In this document: positions 25,957 through 37,067 of the stretch, piece after piece | How positions within the stretch are numbered: the stretch's first letter is position 1 | Layout: every line of letters starts with the position of its first letter | DNA from: Gemmatimonadales bacterium | GTDB taxonomy: Bacteria > Gemmatimonadota > Gemmatimonadetes > Gemmatimonadales > GWC2-71-9 | Direction of reading: 5' to 3' | Assembly: GCA_035573235.1 (NCBI GenBank) | Contig: DATMZX010000298.1 | Span: 1-39,539, forward strand | Length of the DNA: 39,539 nucleotides | Made by a program: the position numbers and the translations under genes | The notes under the pieces: model-generated | What the model saw: the letters and a program-made list of their open reading frames with translations, nothing else | Databases searched by the model: none | What the model was told of the DNA's origin: nothing

Positions 25957-26541
25957 TCAGTCGCGCCGGTCTTCCAGGTAGCCACGCAATTCATTACGGG
26001 CCCGGTGGATATAGGTTTTCACCGTCCCCAGGGGGAGATCGAGGGTTTCGGCGATCTCCTCGTACGAATACCCCTCCACATGTCGTAGCATAATGCACGA
26101 CCGGTATTCGGGTCGCAGCCGGCCGATTGCCTGCTCGATCGCCGTTCCCAGCTCCCGATTCTCGACCTCATCGAGCGGACTCTCGCCGCGGTCACCGAGC
26201 TGCAGTGACGTGGCGCGCATCTGCTCCGGAGTTTCGGCGCTGGGCGCGCCGTCGAGCGACAACGTGTCGATGTTCTTGCGGCGCAGGTGATCGATCGCCG
26301 CGTTGTTCGCGATCTTGAAAATCCACGACGAAAACTTGAATTCGGGCCGATACGATTTGATGCCGTTCAGCACCTTGATGAACGTTTCCTGCGCGAGGTC
26401 TTCGGCGAGGGCGCGGTCGCGCACCATCCGGTACAGCAGCGAGAACACCGGCCGTTCGTAGCGACGGACCAGTTCGCGGAATGCCGCGTCATGACCTTGT
26501 TTCGCCCACGCGACCACTTGCTGATCGCTGGCGGCGCTCAA
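25957..26541 (-). CDS. ECF-subfamily RNA polymerase sigma-70 factor
   Basis: 194 aa with a TTG start. Region 2 is FRELVRRYERPVFSLLYRMVRD...AEDLAQETFIKV. Region 4 is MLRHVEGYSYEEIAETLDLPLGTVKTYIHRARNELR. Confidence 0.9.
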   Translation of the reverse strand: MSAASDQQVVAWAKQGHDAAFRELVRRYERPVFSLLYRMVRDRALAEDLAQETFIKVLNGIKSYRPEFKFSSWIFKIANNAAIDHLRRKNIDTLSLDGAPSAETPEQMRATSLQLGDRGESPLDEVENRELGTAIEQAIGRLRPEYRSCIMLRHVEGYSYEEIAETLDLPLGTVKTYIHRARNELRGYLEDRRD

Positions 26542-26566
26542 GTGGTCCGGTCTATCTTTCGCGCCT

Positions 26567-27256
26567 ATGGGTCGCTCCGCTGCCTACGTGCGAGACATGT
26601 TTACGGCGATCGCACCGCGCTACGACTTCCTGAATCATCTGCTCAGCCTCAACGTCGACCGCTCGTGGCGGCGTGCCGCAGTCCAGCGGCTCGGCTGGGA
26701 AGCGAAGCCGGACGGCACGTACCTCGACTTGTGCGCCGGGACCCTCGACCTCGCCGCCGAGCTGGCGCGCCGCGATGGATTTCGCGGCCGAGTGATCGGG
26801 GCCGATTTCGTCGTACCCATGCTGGCGCGGGGACGCGACAAGGCTCCTCGCACCGCTCCCGTCGCCGCCGATGCTCTGGCGCTGCCTTTTCCCGCGGCGC
26901 GGTTCGACGGTGCGCTGGTGGGATTTGGCGTACGTAATCTGGCCGACCTGGACGGCGGTTTGCGTGAAGCCGCCCGCGTGCTCAAACCCGGCGCGCGCTT
27001 CGTGATCCTCGAGTTCGCCACGCCCCGGTTCGCGCCGCTGCGCGCGGCGTACCTCTTTTACTTCCGGAAAATTCTGCCCGCCATCGGACGGCTCGTGTCG
27101 AAACATAGGGACGCGTATACCTACCTGCCAGAGTCGGTCCTGGCATTCCCGGAGCCGGAAGGGTTGTCGCAGCGGCTCCGCGACGCAGGATTCTCGCGTG
27201 TCGGCTTCGAGCTGCTCACTGGCGGGATCTGCTCCGTCCACTATGCCACTCGATAA
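26567..27256 (+). CDS. ubiE: Demethylmenaquinone / ubiquinone-menaquinone C-methyltransferase
   Basis: 229 aa. It has VRDMFTAIAPRYDFLNHLLSLN, a SAM motif (LDLCAGT) and LKPGARFVILEF. Confidence 0.85.
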   Translation: MGRSAAYVRDMFTAIAPRYDFLNHLLSLNVDRSWRRAAVQRLGWEAKPDGTYLDLCAGTLDLAAELARRDGFRGRVIGADFVVPMLARGRDKAPRTAPVAADALALPFPAARFDGALVGFGVRNLADLDGGLREAARVLKPGARFVILEFATPRFAPLRAAYLFYFRKILPAIGRLVSKHRDAYTYLPESVLAFPEPEGLSQRLRDAGFSRVGFELLTGGICSVHYATR

Positions 27257-28711
27257 CCTGCGCGAGTTTCTCGAAGCGATCGACAAGAAGGACGAGCTCG
27301 TCCGCATCGATCGCGCGGTGTCGATCGACAAGGAAATCACCGAAATCGCCGACCGTTGCATGAAGTCACCGGGCGGCGGGCCGGCGTTGTTGTTCCAGAA
27401 GCCCGTGCTGCGCGGCGGCGCGGCCGCGCGGTATCCCGTCGCCGTGAACCTGTTCGGCTCGGAGCGGCGCATGGCGCTCGCGCTGGGCGTCGATTGTCTC
27501 GACGACATCGCCGCGCGGATCAGCGAGCTCGTCGCGCTGAAAGTGCCGGAAGGGTTGATCGGCAAGCTCGCGATGCTGCCACGGCTCGCCGAAGTCGCCA
27601 AGTTCCCGCCGAAAACCGTCGGGCGTGCCGCGTGCCAGGAGACGGTCCTCAAGGATGCCGACGTCGACCTCACGCAGCTGCCGGCGCCGATCTGCTGGCC
27701 CGAAGACGGCGGGCCCTACATCACGCTCGGCGGCGTCATTACGAAGAATCCGGAGTCTGGAGTCCGAAACGTCGGCATGTACCGCGTGCAGCTGCTCGGC
27801 AAGAACGAGCTCGCGATGCACTGGCAGCGGCACAAGGTGGGCGCGGCGCACTGGCGCACGATGGCGGAGCGCGGCGAGACGATGCCGGTCGCGATCGCGC
27901 TCGGCGGTGATCCCGCGAGCATCTACTCGGCGTCGGCGCCGCTGCCGCCCACGATCGACGAATTCCTGTTCGCGGGATTCCTGCGCGGCGCGCCCGTGCG
28001 CCTCGCGAAAGCGGTGACCTCGGATCTCGAGGTGCCGGCGGAAGCCGACTTCGTCATCGAAGGCTACATCGACCCGCGCGACGAGCTGGTGCTCGAAGGC
28101 CCGTTCGGCGATCACACCGGCTTCTACTCGCTCGCCGACTACTATCCGAAAGTGCACGTCACCGCCGTGACGATGCGCGACAATCCCGTGTGGCCGCACA
28201 CGATCGTCGGGCGTCCACCGATGGAAGACTATTACCTCGGCCATGCGACCGAGCGGATCTTCCTGCCGCTGCTGCGGCTGACGATTCCCGAGATCGTGGA
28301 CCTGCACATGCCGGCCGAGGGAATCTTTCACAACCTCGTGTTCGTGAGCATCGACAAGCAGTATCCGGGGCAGGCGTACAAGGTGATGAACGGCTTGTGG
28401 GGACAGGGGCTGATGTCGCTCGCCAAGGTCATCGTCGTGGTCGACAAGGACGTGAACGTGCGCGATCCCAAGGAAGCGTGGTGGGTGGCGCTGAACCATA
28501 TCGATCCGGAGCGCGATGTGCGATTCACGATGGGGCCGATCGACGTGCTCGATCACGCGAGCCGCGCGTTCACCTACGGCTCGAAGATGGGGATCGACGG
28601 CACGCGGAAATGGAAAGAGGAAGGCTTCACCCGCGAGTGGCCGAACAAGATCGTAATGGACGATGCGACGAAAGCTCGAGTGGACGCGATGTGGCGCGAG
28701 TTGGGAATCAA

Positions 28712-28715
<4 letters not shown>
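27243..28715 (+). CDS. UbiD-family decarboxylase (menaquinone-type, SCO4490-like)
   Basis: 490 aa from ATG 27243 (MPLDNLREFLEAIDKKDELVRIDRAVS...). The UbiD layout runs throughout (GVRNVGMYRVQ, GPFGDHTGFY). It overlaps ubiE by 14 nt. Confidence 0.85.
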
Positions 28716-30301
<1,586 letters not shown>

Positions 30302-30303
30302 CC

Positions 30304-31200
30304 ATGGCTGTTGGACGGGAAGGTCAGACGTTCGAGGGCGAATCCCTGTTCGTGCGGTACATCAATTTCGTGAAGCTGCCGCACACCGTGTTCGCGCTGC
30401 CGTTCGCGCTGCTCGGCGTGATCGTCGCGTCGTATCGCCATGCCGTGACGTGGCGCGCCGCGATGCTCGTCGTGATCGCGTTCACCGCCGCGCGCTTCGT
30501 TGCGATGGGGTTCAACCGCATCGCGGATCGCCGGATCGACGCGCGCAATCCGCGTACGCAGGGACGCGAGCTGCCGGCCGGCCGCCTGACGGTTTCGCAG
30601 GCGTGGGCGGCGGTGATCTTCGCGATGGTGGTCTTCCTGTATGCGGCGTGGGCGCTGAATCCGCTGTGCGCCGCGCTCGCGCCGTTCGCGCTGATCTGGA
30701 TCGCGACCTATAGCTACACCAAGCGCTTCACTGATTGGACGCACCTGTGGCTGGGCGGCGCGCTCGCAATCGCGCCGGTTGGGGGATACGTCGCGGTCAC
30801 GGGCGCGTGGAGCGAGCCGTGGTGGCTGCTCTTCCTGATCGCGTTTGCCGTGATGTGCTGGGTCGCGGGATTCGACGTTTTCTACGCGCTGCAGGACGAG
30901 GCGTTCGATCGCGCCGAGCGGTTACGGTCGCTGGTCGTGCGCCTGGGGAAGGGCCCGGCGATCAGCCTGGCGAAGACGCTGCATGGCTTCGCGATCGTGG
31001 CGCTGCTCGCGTTTGGCTACGGCGCGAGACTTGGCTGGCCGTATTATGCCGGCGTCGCGATCGGGGCGATGATCATTGCCTGGGAGCACCAGCTGGTGAA
31101 GCCGAGCGATCTGTCGAAGCTCAACGCGGCGTTTTTCACGGCGAATGGGATTGTGAGCATCGTCGTGTTTCTGGGCGCGTTGGTGGATCGGATCATTTGA
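30304..31200 (+). CDS. UbiA-family aromatic prenyltransferase (menaquinone-type)
   Basis: 298 aa from an ATG 2 nt after the amidase stop. It has NRIADRRIDARNPRT and a second Asp-rich motif (YALQDEAFD), with eight to nine helices. Confidence 0.85.
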   Translation: MAVGREGQTFEGESLFVRYINFVKLPHTVFALPFALLGVIVASYRHAVTWRAAMLVVIAFTAARFVAMGFNRIADRRIDARNPRTQGRELPAGRLTVSQAWAAVIFAMVVFLYAAWALNPLCAALAPFALIWIATYSYTKRFTDWTHLWLGGALAIAPVGGYVAVTGAWSEPWWLLFLIAFAVMCWVAGFDVFYALQDEAFDRAERLRSLVVRLGKGPAISLAKTLHGFAIVALLAFGYGARLGWPYYAGVAIGAMIIAWEHQLVKPSDLSKLNAAFFTANGIVSIVVFLGALVDRII

Positions 31201-31204
31201 AAAA

Positions 31205-31292
31205 GGGGAAGGGGGAAGGGGGACGCGGGAAGGGTAAACCGGCCGGCGAGCGCCGTGCGTTACCCTTCCCCCTTCCCGCTTCCCCCTTCCCC
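31205..31292. terminator. Long imperfect inverted repeat (33-nt arms, 3 mismatches, 22-nt loop) between convergent genes; probable bidirectional terminator
   Basis: The left arm is GGGGAAGGGGGAAGGGGGACGCGGGAAGGGTAA (31205-31237). The right arm is TTACCCTTCCCCCTTCCCGCTTCCCCCTTCCCC (31260-31292). It lies between the UbiA-like stop (31200) and the ptrB stop (31346). Confidence 0.65.
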
Positions 31293-31345
31293 AAAGGTCC
31301 GCCACGGCATCCGAAACGTTCGCCTACACCGAACCGTCGAGGCCG

Positions 31346-33466
31346 TTAAGGCGTCGGTTTCTCCTTGAATCCCGCCAGATCCAGCAGGAACGCGTACTCG
31401 AACGCCACATCCCGCCAGCGCTTGTAGCGCCCCGAAGCGCCGCTGTGGCCTGCTTCCATGTTCGTGCGCAGGATCAACCGGTTCGAATCGGTCCGCATCG
31501 CGCGCATCCGCGCGGTCCACTTCGCGGGCTCGACATACAGCACCTGCGTGTCGTATAGCCCTGCCGTGATCAGCATGTTGGGATACGCCTTCCGCTCGAC
31601 GTTGTCGTACGGTGAGTACGACAGCATGTAGCGATAGAACGTCGAATCGTGGGGGTTGCCCCACTCGTCGTACTCGCCGGTCGTCAGCGGAATCGTCGAG
31701 TCGCTCATGGTCGTGATGACATCGACATAGGGCACGCCGGCGACGACGCCTCGCCAGAGCTCGGGTCTCATGTTGACCACGGCGCCCATGAGCAGGCCGC
31801 CCGCGCTCGCGCCGCGCGCGAACAGACGGTCCGACTTGGTGTACCCACGCTTGATCAGATCATCCGCGACATCGACGAAATCGTTGAACGTGTTCTTCTT
31901 TTGGAGCTGGCGGCCGTTCTCATACCAGGCGCGGCCCATCTCCGAGCCGCCGCGAATGTGCGCGATCGCGAACACGAAGCCGCGATCGAGCAGCGACAGC
32001 CGGTCGGACGAAAAGGTGGGATCGCTGCTCGAGCCGTACGATCCGTAGCCGGTGAGCAGCAGCGGCGCGGGACGGGCCGTGCCCTTGCGATAGACGATCG
32101 ACACGGGCACACGGGCCCCATCGCGCGCGGTCGTGTAGACCCGCTCGCTGACGTAGTTCGCGGGGTCGAAGCCGCCCAGGATCGAGTCGCGCTTGAGCAG
32201 CGTCTTCTGCCTGGTCCGCATGTCGTAATCGTAGGTGGAGTTCGGCGTCGTCAGCGACGTGTAGCCGTACCGCAGCACGGGCGTGTCGAACTCACGATTG
32301 GTGCTGACGTACCCGAGGTAGGCCGGCTCGCCGAAGTCGAGGTAGTACTCGCCTTTCCCGCTCCACGGCCGGACGCGCAGCTGCACCAGCCCGTCCTTCC
32401 GCTCGGTGAGGACGAGGTAATCCTTGAAAAACTCGAAGTCCTCGAGCAGGACGTCGGCGCGGTGCGGGATCACCTCTTCCCAGTTGTTGCGCCCGGGATT
32501 GGCAACCGGCGTGCGCATCAGGCGGAAGTTCTGCGCGTGATCGTTCGACATCAGATAGAAGTAGTTGCCGAAGTGGTTCGCGTAGTACTCGTGCCCGCGC
32601 TGGCGGGGGATCAGGATCTTGAACGGCTGGTCGGGCTGGTCGGCGCGCACGTAGCTGTACTCGGTCGCCATGGTCTGCGACGACTGGATCATGATGTAGG
32701 CGCGGGATTTCGTCTTGGAGACGCCCACGTAATACGTCTCATCCTTGTCTTCATAGACCATCTGGTCGCTCGACGCCGGCATGCCGAGTTTGTGACGCCA
32801 GACCTGATAGGGGCGCACCGAGACGGTATCGGCTTTCACATAGAACAGCGTGCGGTTGTCCTCTGCCCAGGCCAGGCCCATCGCACCCGGCAGCACATCG
32901 GGCAGCAGCGTGCCGGTGCGCAGGTTTTTGAAACGGATCGACCCGACGCGCCCGCCGGTCGTGTCGGCCAAGAAAGCCAGAATATCTTGGCCCGAGCTGA
33001 CCTCCCAGTCCCGAATGATGTACGTCGCTTTGCCCTCAGCGAGCTCGTTCACATCGATCATGATTTCTTCGGGCGCGGTGGGGGAGCCCTTCTTGCGCGC
33101 GTAGATCGGATAATTCTTTCCGTCGACCAGCCGCGTGTAGTAGTAATAGCCGCCCTCGCGAAACGGCACCGACTGATCGTTCTGGAGCACGCGGCCTTTC
33201 AACTCTTCGTAGAGGCGCTCCTGCAGCGCCTCCGTGTGCGCCATGACGGCCTTCGTGTACGCGTTCTCGGCCTCGAGGTACTGGATCACCTCGGGATTGC
33301 TCCGTTCTTTGAGCCAGTAGTACTCGTCGGTGCGTGTCTTGCCGAACTCGCTGAACACCTGCGGCCGCACGGCGGCGACGGGCGGTGTGGGGGCCTGCTG
33401 CGCGGGCACGGCAACGGGCACGAGTGTGGCGAGCGCGATGCCGAGCGATCGAATACGTGCGAACAT
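31346..33466 (-). CDS. ptrB: Oligopeptidase B / prolyl oligopeptidase family S9A serine peptidase, exported
   Basis: 706 aa from the internal ATG 33466 (MFARIRSLGIALATLVPVAVPAQQ signal). It has DEYYWLKERSNPEVIQYLEAEN, GASAGGLL (nucleophile Ser) and the S9 C-terminal layout. The 106 upstream codons of the track ORF are shadow. Confidence 0.9.
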   Translation of the reverse strand: MFARIRSLGIALATLVPVAVPAQQAPTPPVAAVRPQVFSEFGKTRTDEYYWLKERSNPEVIQYLEAENAYTKAVMAHTEALQERLYEELKGRVLQNDQSVPFREGGYYYYTRLVDGKNYPIYARKKGSPTAPEEIMIDVNELAEGKATYIIRDWEVSSGQDILAFLADTTGGRVGSIRFKNLRTGTLLPDVLPGAMGLAWAEDNRTLFYVKADTVSVRPYQVWRHKLGMPASSDQMVYEDKDETYYVGVSKTKSRAYIMIQSSQTMATEYSYVRADQPDQPFKILIPRQRGHEYYANHFGNYFYLMSNDHAQNFRLMRTPVANPGRNNWEEVIPHRADVLLEDFEFFKDYLVLTERKDGLVQLRVRPWSGKGEYYLDFGEPAYLGYVSTNREFDTPVLRYGYTSLTTPNSTYDYDMRTRQKTLLKRDSILGGFDPANYVSERVYTTARDGARVPVSIVYRKGTARPAPLLLTGYGSYGSSSDPTFSSDRLSLLDRGFVFAIAHIRGGSEMGRAWYENGRQLQKKNTFNDFVDVADDLIKRGYTKSDRLFARGASAGGLLMGAVVNMRPELWRGVVAGVPYVDVITTMSDSTIPLTTGEYDEWGNPHDSTFYRYMLSYSPYDNVERKAYPNMLITAGLYDTQVLYVEPAKWTARMRAMRTDSNRLILRTNMEAGHSGASGRYKRWRDVAFEYAFLLDLAGFKEKPTP

Positions 33467-33532
33467 CAGAGCCTCGTTGAGAGATGCTGGTAGATCGAAT
33501 TGACCTCTGCCCGTCTCCGCACGCCAGAGGGT

Positions 33533-34132
33533 ATGTTTCGGACCGTGCCGACTTCTGACCTGCCCCTGATACTCGCGATCACCGGCGCGTCCGGCGCGCC
33601 GTATGCCGTGCGGTTGCTCGACGCGCTCGCCAGGCATCGGGTACCGACGTGGCTCCTGATTTCGACGCACGGCTGGCGCCTGCTCGCCGAGGAGTGTGGG
33701 ATCAAGGACGAAGCGGCGCTGCGCAAGGCGACCGGCGAGTGGGACTGCGTGCGGCTGTTCAACGACGCCGACCGCGGTGCGCAACCGGCATCCGGCTCGG
33801 TGAAGACGCTCGGCATGGTCGTGTGCCCGTGCTCGATGGGGACGATGGCGGCGATCGCGCAGGGCACGAGCCGCTCGTTGATCGAGCGGGCCGCCGACGT
33901 CACGCTGAAGGAGCGGCGCAAGCTCGTGCTCGTACCGCGCGAAACGCCGTTATCGCTGGTACATCTGCGCAACATGACGCTCGCCGCCGAAGCCGGCGCG
34001 GTGATTCTTCCGGCGGCGCCGGGATTCTATCAGCGCCCCAAACAGATCTCCGAGCTCGTGGATTTCATCGTACAGCGCATCGTCGACCACTTCGGACTCG
34101 AGATCAAGCTGGTCCCGTCGTGGCAGGGGTAG
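33533..34132 (+). CDS. ubiX: Flavin prenyltransferase UbiX
   Basis: LILAITGASGAPYAVRLL, VVCPCSMGTMAAIAQG and LVLVPRETPLS. I chose the ATG at 33533. The track TTG at 33500 is the alternative. Confidence 0.85.
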   Translation: MFRTVPTSDLPLILAITGASGAPYAVRLLDALARHRVPTWLLISTHGWRLLAEECGIKDEAALRKATGEWDCVRLFNDADRGAQPASGSVKTLGMVVCPCSMGTMAAIAQGTSRSLIERAADVTLKERRKLVLVPRETPLSLVHLRNMTLAAEAGAVILPAAPGFYQRPKQISELVDFIVQRIVDHFGLEIKLVPSWQG

Positions 34133-34563
34133 CCCCGCAAGCTCGTGAGCTGCTGGCGCGCGATGTCTCGCCGGAGGAGTACCGGGCGATCCGGGAGCTG
34201 TGGAAGGCGCACTCGATCGCCGAGGACAAACGCGATATTGCCGGTTTGATCGCCACGCTCACGCCCGACTGCGTGTACGAAGTGGTGGGTGAGCAGGGAG
34301 CGCGCTGGGAAGGCCATGCCGGTGCGACGCAGTTCTACCTGTCGTTGCTCGGCGCGTTTCCCGACATTCACTTTGATTTGCAGCAGATCGTCATCGGACC
34401 GCAGGGTGTGTGTGAAGAAGCAATCGTGACGGGCACGCACAAAGCCAATTGGTTGTCGCACGCGCCGAGCGGCGACAGAGTCGAGTTTCGCGTGGTGATC
34501 TTTTTCCCCTGGGATCGGAACGCGAAGAAATTCAAGGGAGAGCGCGTGTACGCCCAACTATGA
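34120..34563 (+). CDS. SnoaL-like / NTF2-fold protein (ester-cyclase-like)
   Basis: ~147 aa. There is no in-frame ATG, so GTG 34120 (a 13-nt overlap with ubiX) is the best start. IAGLIATLTPDCVYE...FPDIHFDLQQIVIGPQGV..E..VTGTH fits the SnoaL-like pattern. Confidence 0.6.
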   Translation: MAGVAPQARELLARDVSPEEYRAIRELWKAHSIAEDKRDIAGLIATLTPDCVYEVVGEQGARWEGHAGATQFYLSLLGAFPDIHFDLQQIVIGPQGVCEEAIVTGTHKANWLSHAPSGDRVEFRVVIFFPWDRNAKKFKGERVYAQL

Positions 34564-37067
34564 TCTTGCTACTGGCTTTGCTGCTCGCTCAAACGCCCGA
34601 CCCCCTTCCGCCAAAGCCCGCGCCACCGCCCGCCGCCTGGCGTCCAATCATCGGTGCCTACCTGCGTGGCAGCGACACGGTCCTCGTCTTTGAGGATGGA
34701 GGGGCGTTGTTCGCATTTGCGGACTCGCAACGTCGCGCGCTGTCAGGTCCGAATGATTCGGTGTTCAAGGCATGGAAGCGTTTGCAGCTCGGCCCCGCCA
34801 ACGGCGGGCAGCTGCGGCTGCAGCCGGTCCAGCCGGTTGTGGAGCTGCTGCACACCGATCGCCTGCTGGCGCCACCGGCCGAGAGTGGCTCGTTCAAGAC
34901 GCCCGATCTCGTGGAGGTCGTGACGCTCGATTCGAGCATCCATCTCGACATTCGTTACGCGACCACGAACAATTTTCTGGGCAGTGTCTTCTACGCCTCA
35001 CCCCACGCGTTTCTGCAGCGTCCCGCGGCCCAGGCGGTGGTGCGCGCCGCGCACGCGCTGCGCCCGCTCGGCTACGGTCTGCTGATTCACGACGCCTACC
35101 GGCCGTGGTACGTGACGAAGACGTTCTGGGACGCGACCCCGCCGGCGTCACACTGGCTCGTGGCGGATCCGGCGAGTGGGTCCAAGCACAATCGCGGCGC
35201 GGCGGTCGACATCACGCTATACGACGTGAAGACGCGCGCGCCGGTCGAGATGCCCTCGACGTACGACGAGGCGACACCGCGCGCGTACGCCGACTTTCCC
35301 GGCGGGACGTCGCTGCAGCGCTGGCATCGCGCGCTGCTGCGGGACGTACTCGTGCGGGAAGGGTTCACGCCGAATCCCAGCGAGTGGTGGCACTTCGATT
35401 TCCAGGGCTGGCAGGAGTATCCAATTCTCAACCTGGCGTTTGAGGACCTGCTGCGATCCGCGGCGCCGCAAGACACGACGCGCTACACGCACGCCGACAC
35501 GCTGCGCGGCTCGAACGGACCGGCGCGCGCGTGGTGGGATGCGCAATTCTACGATTTGCACGTGGCCCTGAATCCGCGGGACTCGAGCATCAGCGGCTGG
35601 AATCGCATCACGTATCGCGTGCTGCAATCGGGCCGCGAGATGCAGATCGATCTGCAGTCGCCGCTCACGATCGACAGCATCATGCAGAGTGGCCGCAAGC
35701 TGAAGTTCAGACGAGATGGCAACGCCTTTTTCGTCACACTCAGTGCTAAGCAGACAGCCGGCGCGTTGGCCACGCTGACCGTGGGCTATCACGGCAAGCC
35801 GAAAATCGGGAAGCTGCTGCCTTGGGATGGCGGCTTTACCTTCCAACGCGACAGCCTGGGCCGGCCCTGGATCGCGACCGCGAACGAAGGGCTCGGCGCC
35901 AGCGTGTGGTGGCCGCTGAAGGATTATCTCGCGGACGAGCCCGACAGCCAGCGCATCGCCATCACGCTGCCCGATTCGATCGTCGACGTCTCGAACGGAC
36001 ATCTCCGCAGCACGAGCCACAACCCCAACGGCACCACGACGTACGAGTGGTTCGTCGTAAACCCGATCAATAGTTACAACGTCACGATCAACGCGGGACG
36101 GTACGGCCACTTCAGCGACACGCTCGCGGGTGAAGCGGGCAAGTTGTCGCTCGACTTCTGGCCGCTCGACTATCACGTCGACACGGCGCGCGGCCAGTTC
36201 AAGCAGGTGATCACGATGCTCCAGTGCTTCGAGCACTGGTTCGGGCCGTACCCGTGGTACGCCGACGGCTACAAGCTGATCGAGACGCCGCACCTCGGCA
36301 TGGAGCATCAGAGCGCGATCGCCTACGGCAATCATTTCCTGAACGGTTATCGCGGGCGCGATCTCTCGGGCACGGGGCTCGGCCTGCAGTGGGATTTCAT
36401 CATCGTGCACGAGAGCGCGCACGAATGGTGGGGCAACAATCTCTCCGCCCAGGATCACGCCGACATGTGGGTGCACGAGAGCTTCGCCAATTACGCCGAG
36501 GGCATCTACACGGAGTGCCGGCTGGGGAAGAGCGCGGGTGCGGCGTACATGATCGGCGCGCGCCGCGGCGTGCGGAACGACCGGCCGGTGATTCCGGTGT
36601 TCGGCGTGAATGCGCAGGGCTCGGGCGACATGTATCCCAAAGGCGGGAACATGCTGCACACGATCCGCGCGATCATCGATGATGACGCGAAGTGGCGCGA
36701 CATTCTGCGCGGCCTGAACAAGACGTTCTATCATCAGACCGTGACGGGCAAACAGGTCCAGGACTACATCAGCCGAGAAGCCGGCCGCGATCTGAGCAAG
36801 GTGTTCGCGCAGTATCTCACCACCACGCGGATCCCCGTGTTCGAGTATCGCGTCCAGAACGGTGCCTTGTCGTACCGCTGGTCGAACGTGGTGGCGGGAT
36901 TCGATATGCCGCTGCGCGTGAGCATTCCTGAAATGGGAACGCGGGTGTTGCAGGTGCGGGACGCGTGGCAGACGCTCAGCGGTGTCGCGCCGCGGGGTGC
37001 CGAGCTCAGCATCGATGAAAACTTCTACGTGACTGCTCGCAACGTCGGGACCGCGGCGGCTCCTTGA
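34560..37067 (+). CDS. Secreted fusion protein: VanX/DdpX-type D-Ala-D-Ala dipeptidase (M15D) domain + M1-family zinc metallopeptidase domain
   Basis: 835 aa from an ATG that overlaps the upstream stop (ATGA). It has a signal-like MILLLALLLAQ. The VanX motifs are SKHNRGAAVD (SxHxxGxAxD) and EWWH (ExxH), around aa 113-295. The M1 motifs are GMEH (a GxMEN-like exopeptidase motif) and HESAH-X18-E (HEXXH codons at 36408-36422). Confidence 0.85.
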   Translation: MILLLALLLAQTPDPLPPKPAPPPAAWRPIIGAYLRGSDTVLVFEDGGALFAFADSQRRALSGPNDSVFKAWKRLQLGPANGGQLRLQPVQPVVELLHTDRLLAPPAESGSFKTPDLVEVVTLDSSIHLDIRYATTNNFLGSVFYASPHAFLQRPAAQAVVRAAHALRPLGYGLLIHDAYRPWYVTKTFWDATPPASHWLVADPASGSKHNRGAAVDITLYDVKTRAPVEMPSTYDEATPRAYADFPGGTSLQRWHRALLRDVLVREGFTPNPSEWWHFDFQGWQEYPILNLAFEDLLRSAAPQDTTRYTHADTLRGSNGPARAWWDAQFYDLHVALNPRDSSISGWNRITYRVLQSGREMQIDLQSPLTIDSIMQSGRKLKFRRDGNAFFVTLSAKQTAGALATLTVGYHGKPKIGKLLPWDGGFTFQRDSLGRPWIATANEGLGASVWWPLKDYLADEPDSQRIAITLPDSIVDVSNGHLRSTSHNPNGTTTYEWFVVNPINSYNVTINAGRYGHFSDTLAGEAGKLSLDFWPLDYHVDTARGQFKQVITMLQCFEHWFGPYPWYADGYKLIETPHLGMEHQSAIAYGNHFLNGYRGRDLSGTGLGLQWDFIIVHESAHEWWGNNLSAQDHADMWVHESFANYAEGIYTECRLGKSAGAAYMIGARRGVRNDRPVIPVFGVNAQGSGDMYPKGGNMLHTIRAIIDDDAKWRDILRGLNKTFYHQTVTGKQVQDYISREAGRDLSKVFAQYLTTTRIPVFEYRVQNGALSYRWSNVVAGFDMPLRVSIPEMGTRVLQVRDAWQTLSGVAPRGAELSIDENFYVTARNVGTAAAP

